From Botryllus schlosseri (Eukaryota), in contig CM119379.1 of NCBI GenBank assembly GCA_051294905.1, positions 23,250,001 to 23,314,000 on the forward strand: a stretch of 64,000 nucleotides of DNA, in the 5' to 3' direction. This document shows, piece by piece, positions 35,601-45,200 of the stretch; within the stretch, counting starts at the first letter, position 1, and each line of letters starts with the position of its first letter. The notes beneath the pieces are model-generated. The model had not been told where the DNA came from and ran no database searches. It saw only the letters and a program-made list of their open reading frames with translations. The translations under genes and the position numbers were made by a program.

Positions 35601-37758
35601 TTGAAAACATCGTCATCATTATGCGGTACATCGTCATCAACTAGCTATCAATATGAGCGCCGGGTACTTGGTGGCATGAACTCGGCCAATGGTGAATGGC
35701 CATGGATGGTATAATTTTTGCGTCGCTTCTCAGGGCTGAATTTCTATGTCTCTGGGTTTTGCAACAGGTTTATCTCACTGGACCGTTTGGACACTGTGGT
35801 GGGGCACTTCTATCTTCAAAATACATTTTGACTGCGGCACATTGTTTGCAGTAAGATGTTATTGAGACAAAGCCGATGTTTCATAAACTGTAACTGAATA
35901 TTTTAATCTATTGCAGAACGGATGATGGGACGAAGTATGATGTTAATTCATTCACTGTTGTGATTGGATTTGCGGATCTGAGGAACAGACAAGGAAAGTC
36001 ATATGCTTTGGCTCGTTCCTTCGTTTATCCACCCTATTCTTTTCCAAAACATGACATCGGTATTCTGGAGGTAATAAAACATGTAGCCGTGGAGCTGTTC
36101 AAGCTAGTCCCACTTACTAAACACAAACGGTGAACTTTGAAATTTACTTTATGACAATGTATCCCTCATTATTATTTGCCCATTTCGCACAAAAGCTTTC
36201 CCAATGCAGGTATAGAACCAGGGTTGTAATGACTCGAGTAGCGATTTTTTTAGTGACTCACTTTCTTACAATGCTTGTGAGCTCTGCGTTTCAGCATGTC
36301 GCTTGGTGACAACGCTGTGTAGAACGGCTGTGGTACTTCCAGAGTGCTAACGTTCAATTAGGCTTTTTTTTCTCCAAATTTTACTGAACTAATGATTAAA
36401 TTGTCGGATTGCCTAAAAAGGACTGAATCTTATGGAAAACGCGTTTTTTTTATTAGCCCTATTTCACAAATTTTACTCCAGTAATGTTGTCAGTGATGAT
36501 TTTGACATCAAAATCTGTTGACACCGTTTTCGAATACAGGTACATGAGCACTCCAAATAAATAAAAGTAGGCTATTTTGCAACTGACCATTTCCTTTTCA
36601 AAATCGCGTTCATCTGAAACAGCTTTTATATTTGACTCGAAACTGGGAATGGATGAAATTTCAAAGACTTTCCGATAACTTGATTATTTCACCGACAGTT
36701 GAAGAGTGCAGTTGCTTTCAATAATTACATTCGACCAATCTGTCTCCCACATGGTGAAGAACCCCCGTATGATTCGACCTGTATTACAATGGGTTGGGGT
36801 GTCAGTGAGTACATGTTTTAGTAAATGCTTGTAACAAGCAGTAAATTCATATATGTCTCATTTCAGGTGTGAATGGATTGAATCAAATAACGCAAATCCT
36901 CCAGAATGCAGACCTAAGAGTTTTCGATCCGGACGTTTGCGTGCATGGATATAATAACCCTTCTCTTGCTGAGTATTTGCCATTTTTAAAAACAAGAAGA
37001 GGGTATGTCTGCTCGGGAGATCTTGTCAACGCGAAAGACAGTTGTTTGGTATGTCATTTTATCATGGTTGCTAACGTGAAGCAGTGGTTCTTAACCTTTT
37101 TATGGTCGAGGGGTAGGATTCCAATTTTTTCTTAGCCGGTTCTGTTACAAAAAGTAATTAACAGTAACCTGTAATGGTAATTGATTTGTTGATCTCACAA
37201 AATTCTGTGAGACGGTTCTCTATGAATGGTGCTCTTTCCGATTTGAAAATGTTCCATGATGCTCCTTTAAATTTGTAAGTCGACTACTAAAAACAAAATC
37301 AGACACTATATTTGGGGGTCTGATAACTGAGAATAAAGGTTGGAATATTCGCGAACCCCACAAAAAGAAAAATGACCTTCAAGTTGAAAAACAGTATCTA
37401 GCAGCGATGTATCCAGGACACTAATTTTTGTGACGCGTAATGGAATTTTTTTTTTAATCAAATACCGGTATGTAGAATAGCATTCAAAACATGATATGAA
37501 GAGCGAAACGACTCTTCTGACTAAATTTTTAATTGATGAGCAATGGTCATTATATTGAACTCTCTTCAGGGAGATAGCGGGTCACCTCTTGCCTGTCAGA
37601 GGTGCAAAAACTGCGGTTGGTATGTTGCGGGAGTGACATCATTTGGTCCGGAGCTTTGTGCCACGAAAGGAATACCCGCAGTTTACACAAAAGTCACAGA
37701 TTATGAAGAATGGATTTATCATATAACCGGGATCAGTAAAGAATCATGGACTTGCTGA
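23684..37758 (+). CDS. Secreted ShK/TSP1-repeat trypsin-like serine protease, copy B (about 773 aa)
   Basis: Exons: signal 23684-23753 ([23 protein letters not shown]); ShK 24847-24957, 27879-27998, 28654-28752; TSP1 30038-30205, 30793-30939, 31854-32012, 32436-32594, 33285-33437, 33517-33663; short TSP1-like 35361-35471; 35545-35708 (YERR|VLGG); catalytic 35768-35850, 35917-36070, 36699-36804, 36867-37048, 37570-37758. Total 2322 nt, in frame, with the His/Asp/Ser triad intact. Exon 1 is less certain than the rest. Confidence 0.9.
23914..24821. mobile_element. hAT MITE with AGTAGAAGT subterminal repeats
   Basis: TIRs CAGAGGTGGTCA / TGACCACCTCTG; perfect 8-bp TSD CCTATAAT. Confidence 0.93.
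26261..26802. mobile_element. hAT MITE
   Basis: Ends CCGGAGTTCCCAAACT / AGTTTGGGAACCCCTG; TSD CTCTACAT/CTCCACAC; related copy at about 33718-34090. Confidence 0.75.
27014..27483 (+). mobile_element. GACTCGAGTC-rich hAT MITE (old; shared with copy A)
   Basis: Degenerate TIRs CAGTGCTGTAAC / TTTCAACCCTG; internal match to 38509-39049. Confidence 0.75.
29018..30004. mobile_element. Foldback-type element with G-rich and C-rich tandem-repeat arms
   Basis: The outer 46 bp are a perfect inverted repeat (GGCACTTCTTCGATGGCAG...), near-perfect to about 110 bp. The left arm has about a dozen GGGGATATTAGGGTT-type units and the right arm the complementary units. 8-bp TSD GATTTTTC/CATTTTTC; empty site CATTTTGC in copy A near 3654. 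Confidence 0.92.
32261..32394 (+). repeat. 67-bp tandem duplication in an intron
   Basis: CTGCTCC...GCCGTATTAC occurs at 32261 and again at 32328. Confidence 0.85.
33718..34090 (+). mobile_element. Partial hAT MITE related to 26261-26802
   Basis: Shared GTCGCAA-CCCAAATTTCGATTT and downstream blocks. Confidence 0.55.
36219..36317 (-). mobile_element. 99-bp minimal derivative of the GACTCGAGTC MITE
   Basis: Both termini present (CAGGGTTGTAATG / GTGACAACGCTG); TSD TATAGAAC/TGTAGAAC; single TGTAGAAC in copy A near 11251. Confidence 0.75.
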
Positions 37759-38508
37759 TTAATGATTAATAATCATGATTGCTGAGATGAATTATTGCAA
37801 TGATGGCTTTTGATGCTATGTTTGTAGATAAAATGAAATTACTGAATATATAATGCCTTCAAAGAATGCACAGCACACACACAATCGTATTTTTGATATG
37901 TCATAGTAAGCTACTATGCTTGGTGGTTTGATTCAGCTCAAAGATGTTTCCCAGAGGCCAAAGGCACTCTGATTTTGAAACAGAAAAAGTTCAATAGCTT
38001 CAAGTCAGTTGTTACTACAACTCAGATGATGTCACTCAATTAAAAGTGCCAACAGGCGGTTTCCAGAACTACTGTAGACTAGAGAATGAATTGTGTTGAA
38101 AGTGCTAAGCAGTTTGAAAAAGGGATAAAGCATTGCAGATTCCTTGGTCAATCGTACGTGGCAACTTTCAAAATTGCAGGTTGCACGACACAAATGACCG
38201 GCAGGCAAATGCAATACACAAATAATACTCATTGAGATTGAGATTGCCATTGAGATAAGTGAATTATGTCGACTGTTGTGAATCCAGTCATGAACGTGAT
38301 GTAATCCATTCCAAAAAATCTATCTTGCCGAATTAGAACAACTTTACAAGTGGGAGTAATCTGAAAACGACGCTTTGAGTAAGTAAAACAACCCTCCAAA
38401 AACATATCTAGATATGTCTTTTATTTTGGATTCACAATGTTTTAAATCTAAAACTGAACGGTCAGGCCCCATCTTATACCTCTATAGTGCTGATTTAAAT
38501 ACATGGAC

Positions 38509-39049
38509 CAGGGTTGTAACCAAGTCACAAGGCTCCAAGTCACAAGTCAATCTCACTTTTATAGTTTTGACTCGAGTCAAGTCGAGTCATTTTCAGTTCA
38601 CCACCGAGTCAAGTCCGAGTCCAAGTCAGCGAGCAGAGGCTCAAGTCCGAGTCATGGTATTATGACTCGAGTCGAGTCCAAGTCATTGAGTTGACTGACC
38701 AGTTTCCAGTTAAAGTCTTGTTAAATCCACTTTTTATAACTCTATTTGGTGATATCGAATAATTCGCATTTATATTATACTAATTTTCCTCATTTTTAGC
38801 AGTTTCTGGTCGCATTGTCAAGTACCGGTACCAATAGAGGAAATCCTAATAGTTTGGTTACTTTACTATTCTTCGAAATGACAATGAAATGTCGGTCTTC
38901 GCCGTCTGAGTATCGAGTCATATGACTTGGTTCGAGTCATGCGCAATGACTCGAGTCATTTCTGTATTTTGAGAAAATGACTCGAGTCAAGTCGAGTCAT
39001 CATAAAATCGTGACTCAAGTCAGACTCGAGTCGAGTCATTACAACCCTG
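38509..39049 (+). mobile_element. GACTCGAGTC-rich hAT MITE
   Basis: TIRs CAGGGTTGTAA / TTACAACCCTG; perfect TSD ACATGGAC; absent from copy A. Confidence 0.93.
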
Positions 39050-39114
39050 ACATGGACGGTTCATAATTTCATTGCTCCGCACAACTAGTGCTTGCAGTTC
39101 ATAAAGAAACTGAC

Positions 39115-39615
39115 CAGGATTGTAACTAAGGCACAAGGTTCCGAGTCACAAGTCAATCTCAATTTTCTAGTTTTGGCTCGAGTCATTTTCAATTCACCAC
39201 CGAGTAAAGTCCAAGTCAGCGAGTAGAGTGTTGAGTCCAAGTCATTCTGTTCACTTATCAGTTTTGAGTTCAATCCGGTTCAACCCACTTTTATCAACTC
39301 TGCTCGAGTGATATAGAATGGCTCGCATTCATAATATCGTAAATTTCCTCAGTCCTAACGGTTTCTGGCCCTATTTTCCAAGTATCAAGACTGATAGACG
39401 AAATACCAATAATGTGGCGACTTTACTATTCTTCGAAGTTACAATGAAATGTCTGTCTTGGCAGTCCTAGTCTTGAGTCATATGACTTGGTTCGAGTCAT
39501 GCACAATGACTCGAGTACAAGTCGAGTCAATACACAAATTGACTCGAGTCATTGTACGCATTTGAAAAAATGTATCGAGTCTTTAAAAAATTGTGACTCA
39601 GTCATTGCAACCCTG
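39115..39615 (+). mobile_element. GACTCGAGTC-rich hAT MITE
   Basis: TIRs CAGGATTGTAA / TTGCAACCCTG; TSD AAACTGAC/AAACAGAC; empty site AAACAGAC at 15546-15553. Confidence 0.9.
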
Positions 39616-39900
39616 AAACAGACCAGAACCATGATAACCCATAGATGCTCTGGAGACTGGATGAGAAATGTAGCTGTGTATTAAATTCTTCGATCACGCA
39701 TGTGCATGAGACTGAAGTCTATATCTTTTGATAGCAGACCAATGCAGATGTTGATTGGTATTGCATGCACCGTACATCGTGCAAATCCTACCTCTTCAGG
39801 ATATGACATGATTCGTAGTCCTGAAAGTCAGACATATGATGTATCGTACAGATTTCTTCGGAAGCATTAGACATGGTCACGCACCAATTCATCTGTCCGA

Positions 39901-39906
39901 TTTATT
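39901..39906 (-). terminator. Candidate polyadenylation signal of tdh
   Basis: AATAAA on the minus strand, 115 nt past the stop codon; not conserved in the relic copy. Confidence 0.5.
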
Positions 39907-40020
39907 GAATATCAATTGATAAAATGTCGATTGCACTGCACAATTACCCAGTTGAAAACTGCACATTATTCTGTTCACATATAATCATCAATTACACGGA
40001 GGAATGAGGTAAAACAAAAT

Positions 40021-41070
40021 TCAAGCTTGCGGATCAAGGACTATCTTACAAGCGTCTTGCGAGAAGAGCGCAGCAAAGGCATCCTTATATTTTGACATTG
40101 GAAGATCGTGGGATATAACGACGGAGGGATCGACTTTTTTTTCAGCCACTAGCCTTTCACACTGCTCCCAAGTATGAAATATTCTTCTGCCATGCACGGT
40201 GTTGAGAGTGAGAGATTTAAAAACTATGTCCGGTAGAACGTTGTCTACGTGAAGTGGCTGTTTCGGGAGACCAATTAGGACTACTTTACCGCCTTTCTGG
40301 AGATACGCAAAGCAGCCGTTGAGCATGACTGAGTTTCCGCTAGCTTCGCATATTCGAGCAATACCGTTTCTATTGGTCAACTCAAGAATTTTTTCCTTGA
40401 AATCTCCCACTTCTTTTGGATTAAGAGTGATGTCAGCGCCCATTTTTTTAGCCAAACTTAACCTGTGGTTCATAACGTCTGCAGCCAATACTTTTCCTGC
40501 GCCTAACGCTTTGGCGCATGCTATTGCAAATAATCCTACAGCGCCACAGCCAATCACAAGTACGTCTTCACCAGCTACGTCAAGCCTTTCAATGCCGTTA
40601 TGAGCTACTCCCATAGGTTCCAACAGCACAGCATCATTATCAGTTATGTCTCTTGTGACTTTAAAACAGTACTGCTCTTTAACAATAGAATACTGTGAGC
40701 AACCACCGTGAACCGTTCCTTTTCCGTGGCCATACTGGGACATGTTTTGACATATGTCACCTCGGTCCTTAGAACACAGCAGGCATTTTCCGCAGAAAAA
40801 ATGATTCTCAACTGCAATCCTGTCGCCAATCTTAAGACGTGTCACGTTTACACCTAGCTTTGCAACGACTCCGGCGGTTTCGTGTCCCGGCGTGAAAGGC
40901 AACGCAGCGATTAGCTTAGCTGTTTCATTCCATTTGTATAAGGATATGTCGGATCCGCATATTGCCACCTTAGAAACTTTTATCAATACTTCATCTTCCT
41001 TAGGTTCCGGTATATCTTCCGTTGACCATTCGTACCCCTCTACGCCTTCTCTTTTAATTAGGCAATTCAT
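40021..41070 (-). CDS. tdh: Zinc-dependent medium-chain (MDR) L-threonine 3-dehydrogenase-like enzyme, intronless, 349 aa
   Basis: AICGSD and GHE catalytic-Zn motifs, C-x2-C-x2-C-x7-C structural-Zn cluster, Rossmann GCGAVG, and C-terminal HGRRIFHTW...ACKIVLDP resembling bacterial Tdh. The ORF-track start at 41178 is TTG; the first ATG is at 41070. Confidence 0.85.
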   Translation of the reverse strand: MNCLIKREGVEGYEWSTEDIPEPKEDEVLIKVSKVAICGSDISLYKWNETAKLIAALPFTPGHETAGVVAKLGVNVTRLKIGDRIAVENHFFCGKCLLCSKDRGDICQNMSQYGHGKGTVHGGCSQYSIVKEQYCFKVTRDITDNDAVLLEPMGVAHNGIERLDVAGEDVLVIGCGAVGLFAIACAKALGAGKVLAADVMNHRLSLAKKMGADITLNPKEVGDFKEKILELTNRNGIARICEASGNSVMLNGCFAYLQKGGKVVLIGLPKQPLHVDNVLPDIVFKSLTLNTVHGRRIFHTWEQCERLVAEKKVDPSVVISHDLPMSKYKDAFAALFSQDACKIVLDPQA

Positions 41071-42251
41071 GGTGAAAATGCGCCAAATATCCTCAGAACG
41101 AATGCAGCACAATGTACAATTGCACATGCACTCCGTGGTAGTGTTGTTGACAAAATCTGCAAACAGCTCGTAGTGCAATTTGCAGAATAGCAGTATTATT
41201 TATTTTGACACGCCCCATGATTTTCTCTTTGGACTGATTTGCAAGATAGAGATAAAAGTGAAAATGTAGAATAAATAAAGAAAATAGTCACAGTGAAATA
41301 ACTATTATTACATTAGTAAATTGCGCGTTATAGAATGTATAATTTTTCAAAGTTATAAATATATCGCTCTATCATAGCTTTTATAATAGGGTTAGCGTAT
41401 TTTTGGATCCGGCAAGGAGGACACTTTTTAGAAATCACAACCGTTAATTTCCGAACAAGAAAACGGGAACCCTCTTCTTGCGCTGACTAAGAAAGCGTCA
41501 TTTGCCGGTCTTACTCCGGAAAACCCGCTCTTACGTCCACATTACAGAGTTTTTCAGTTGTGCCTGCCAGTGGCTGTCAAGGCTATAAAGGACGGCAAAT
41601 TTCGAGAAAAGGTGGACATTTAGGCGTCCTCGGAGGACATTTTCGATTTCTTGAAAATTGAGGACAAATCCTCCTAAAGGAGGACATATGGTAACCCTAC
41701 TTATAATGGCTATGCCGCTATCAAGAATGTCCGACCTAATATGTAGAACAGTATCTCGCCGGTTATGCGATAGGCGTGGAGCATGTCCCCTTTCAAGTCG
41801 AAATACATGTATTTTCTACTGAATGAATGCTAGTCATATCATCGTCTTATTGACCTCGTCTACCGAGTACCGAACAGACACATGTCACATGTCATATTCA
41901 TTTTAATCGCGAGTCCTTTATGTTATTCTCTACCTCATTTCATCCCGTGTTGTACATGCCTTATATTTGCATGCTCTACACCAGTGTGTCTGATTTTAAG
42001 AATACTCCAAGTTGTTTCGACACCCTCCTATCTTTTCATTGTATCTCGATATTGTGTTTTGATCTGACGGAAATTTCAATAAAATGATTGATTGATTGAT
42101 TGATGCTAGCCGAATTCGCTACAAGGAAATCGTGCCGGCGAAGGGGCATCCCGCGCGTTAAAATTCGTGGGAAGGCTGCAATTGCTAATTTTGCGTTTTG
42201 GTAGTAAAGAACAAAAGGCTATATCCGAATCTCGGACGGTTTATCGACGAT
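41071..42251. promoter_or_regulatory. Divergent (head-to-head) intergenic region of tdh and NUP210
   Basis: 1.18 kb between opposing ATGs (about 0.87 kb without the MITE); CpG-rich block at 42105-42170. Confidence 0.55.
41387..41699. mobile_element. TAGGG-ended MITE with 7-bp TSD
   Basis: Ends TAGGGTTAGCGTA / TATGGTAACCCTA; TSD TTTATAA/CTTATAA; inverted relative of 12034-12340; absent from copy A. Confidence 0.8.
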
Positions 42252-45200
42252 ATGATGTCGCTCATTTTTGGAATACTATGCGTTTTCCTTATAAACGAGA
42301 ATTGGTGTGTCATGGGGGCAATAGAGCCGAAAATTCTGTTGCCTTTTTATGGCGATTATCAACTGAATTACACGATCGACGCCGAAGAAGGCTGCTACAA
42401 GTGGAAGTCTCTTCGAGAAGACGTCGCTACTATCACGCCAATCGAGAGTACCTACAGTAATGCAGAGGATTGTTCAAGATCAGCTACTATCGTAGTGATG
42501 AGCCAGCAGCCTGTGAGAAAAACAACATTACTCTTGGCGACTAATGTAAAAACGGGCACAGTGTTTCAAAGTGATGTCATCGTTGATAAAATCCATATCA
42601 TCGACATTGTGTCTCGTACTCGGGAATTGTACCTGGCAGACCCCCCTGAGGAATTGAAAATCCGAGCTCTGGACCAAGATGGAAATACATTCAGCAGCAC
42701 TGCAGGTATGGAGTTTGAATGGACGCTAGCGCAAGATGAAGTATCCAACAAGGGAAATAACTTGGCTCCAGTATCTGCTCACAGTATTCTTCACATACAA
42801 AAATTCCTTGACACCATATATGTGGCTGATAATTACATTGATACTATTGAATTGAAAGGGAAAATGTCCGACACTATTTTGATATCTGGTATACAGACGG
42901 GTGCTGCAGTTGTCGTCGCGAAGCTTGTAAGCACGGTGGACATTCATAAATCAGTCGCACCATCTTCTGTTCGGTTCATCGTTCGAGACAAGGTCATGCT
43001 AAATCCGGCCCATGAAATTTACCTAATATGTCACACGGTGATTCAATACAAGGTCGAGAGATGGCGCGAAGGTATTCCTACTGAAATTTCAATGCCAAAC
43101 TCTCAATATGTTTTGAATGTGCGAGATATCCTCTCCCCGAATGGGACTGTCATCAATTTGCATCAAGACACCTCGACAGTAGTTGCGTTGAACAAAGGAC
43201 ACAGTCAAGTTTACCTCGTAGATCAGCATTTGAAGCATTATGACAGCTCGTTGATGGAACAGGCGTCTTCTGATATTCATGTGGTAGAGCCGGCTTATTT
43301 GCAATTTGACATTGAACCCAATGGTAAATGGATCCTGGAAGTGGGAAAAATATATGAAATATCAATCCGCATCTACAGTGAGGACAATAAACAAATATTC
43401 ATTGACGAAAATATTCGCTTGCAAGGATCTCTTGACGAACACCACCTTGATATCCTTGATAGAGTTCAAAATGGTTCGTGGTATCTTGTGAGAGCAGCCA
43501 AAAAGGGCAGTTGTGTGATTTCATCGCTTCTGAAAGGTGTCGTGATTGTTTCGTCTAAAGGTGGCAGTATTGAGAAGATCGTCACAGACGCGGACGGTAA
43601 TAATTTTGTGCAGTTTGAAAATCCTATCTTCACATCACAGGACATTGAAATTTACGACAAAATCCGCATTGAACCACCCATCGTATTGTTTCCTTGGCAG
43701 CCTGAGACAATTACGTATAAATATAATTTCAAGGCGTCTGGAGGCAGTGGTAATTATACGTGGTCGGTCAATGAGACTGCGGCCTCTACCATTTCCTACA
43801 CCGGTGAAATAAGTACAACTTGCCGAGCTGAGAAAGACTACATGCCGAGATCTGTCAGCGTTAAAGCGACGGACATTAGGAACAGTCATAACTTTGGAAA
43901 TAGCGATGTTGTTTTGATGCAACCTGTCAAGATTGAGTTTGCGTTATCTCGCTTGGAGTCTGAAATTGGTACGACTATGGGACTTTACGTCGGGATGTAT
44001 GCGAAAATGAATGGAAAACTAGTTGGATTTACCGATTGCGCTCAAGTCGCTAATTTGCATTGGTCGATTCATGACATGAGCGTGTTTTCATTTTCTGGCG
44101 ACGCCGAATCGGTAATTGGAAAATCAGTCGTGCCTTCTCCAAGAACGCCGTATTGTTTGATGAGAAGAGTCCACGCCATGAAAGAAGGCCATACCACTGT
44201 CTCGCTTTCTTACCGTCTCACAGGCGAAACATTGCAAACTTCTACGGTCGTAGCTTCTTATAAACCTTTAAAAATAAAAGATCCTGTAAACTTGGCCGTG
44301 CTGTCACTGGGATCAGCAAAAACAATGATATTTGAAGGCGGTCCCAACCCGTGGCCCCTCGTTCCAAACAGTCATGAGAAAATCGTGGAAGGAAAAAGCG
44401 ACAATGTCAAGTTTGCTTCGAAGATATCTGGAAAAGAGCACGTCTACATCGCATCGTGCGTTCGTTTGGGTTCGGAAGCAGTCTCGTTTTCTGTCGGAAA
44501 TAAGCCTTGCAGTACCAATCCGTTTCCGGAGCGAAAAACTATCATTGTGAGAGTATCTTGTGCTGTGCCGACCTCTTTGAAGTTAGCCACTGATTATCTT
44601 CCGGACGATTGCCCGCTTGCTCAAAATCAGAATGCGCACACTGTGGTTCTCGGCGGGGATGTTTTAAAGCTCGCCGTCACTGCGTATGACAAATTGGGCA
44701 ATCAGTTCGATAATTTTACGTCGCTGTCTAACAAGTGGAAGCTGGACGCGATATCGAATGCGGTAATACCGAGTAAAGTAGAGAGTTTGTTCAGTCCGGA
44801 TTCTTTTTCTCAAATGAAACACTCGATCGCGCATGATATTATTGTGCCGCGCGAACTGGGCGGTGCGAATTTGAGATTGTATTGCGACGGGTATCGTAAG
44901 TTTGTTCGTAGAGAAATTTGCGAGCCCTACAATTGTCAAGTCGCTCCCGCGGTCGAAAGCTCGATTTTTCTAGACATCGTAGCTCCCGTCGTGCTCTCCC
45001 CGCAGAGTGTGGTGATGTTCAACCGTCCCAGCTACAGCGCGAACGTAGAGATTACAGGAGGATCCGGGTATTTCAATCGAGACATCGCCGTGGAGAATCC
45101 GGCTCAAAAAACCTTTGACATGTCAGTCAAGGATTCTCTCGATCGAACCGTTGTGTTATCGCCGCTCTCTTCCGGACAAGCCACTTTAACTGTGTCCGAT

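Larger units (their letters stand above)
25020..44591 (+). repeat. Segmental duplication, copy B (the part alignable within the window; the true left end is probably before 23640)
   Basis: Collinear with 27-17451; carries the intact tdh and the NUP210 5' region. Confidence 0.9.

Noticed and set aside
38509-39615. Regularly spaced short palindromes resembling a CRISPR or REP array
   Set aside because: Spacing is irregular, the spacers recur between copies, TIRs and TSDs define MITEs, there are no cas genes and the context is eukaryotic.
40021-41070. Bacterial contamination or a recent HGT island
   Set aside because: Flanked by eukaryotic MITEs, has a poly(A) signal, is co-duplicated with animal genes, and no operonic partner such as kbl is present.
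41071-41178. 36-aa Cys-rich N-terminal extension of tdh in the ORF track
   Set aside because: It starts at TTG, not ATG; homology to Tdh begins at the ATG at 41070.
42198-42251. ORF-track N-terminal extension of NUP210
   Set aside because: It starts at TTG and would displace the signal peptide that begins at ATG 42252.
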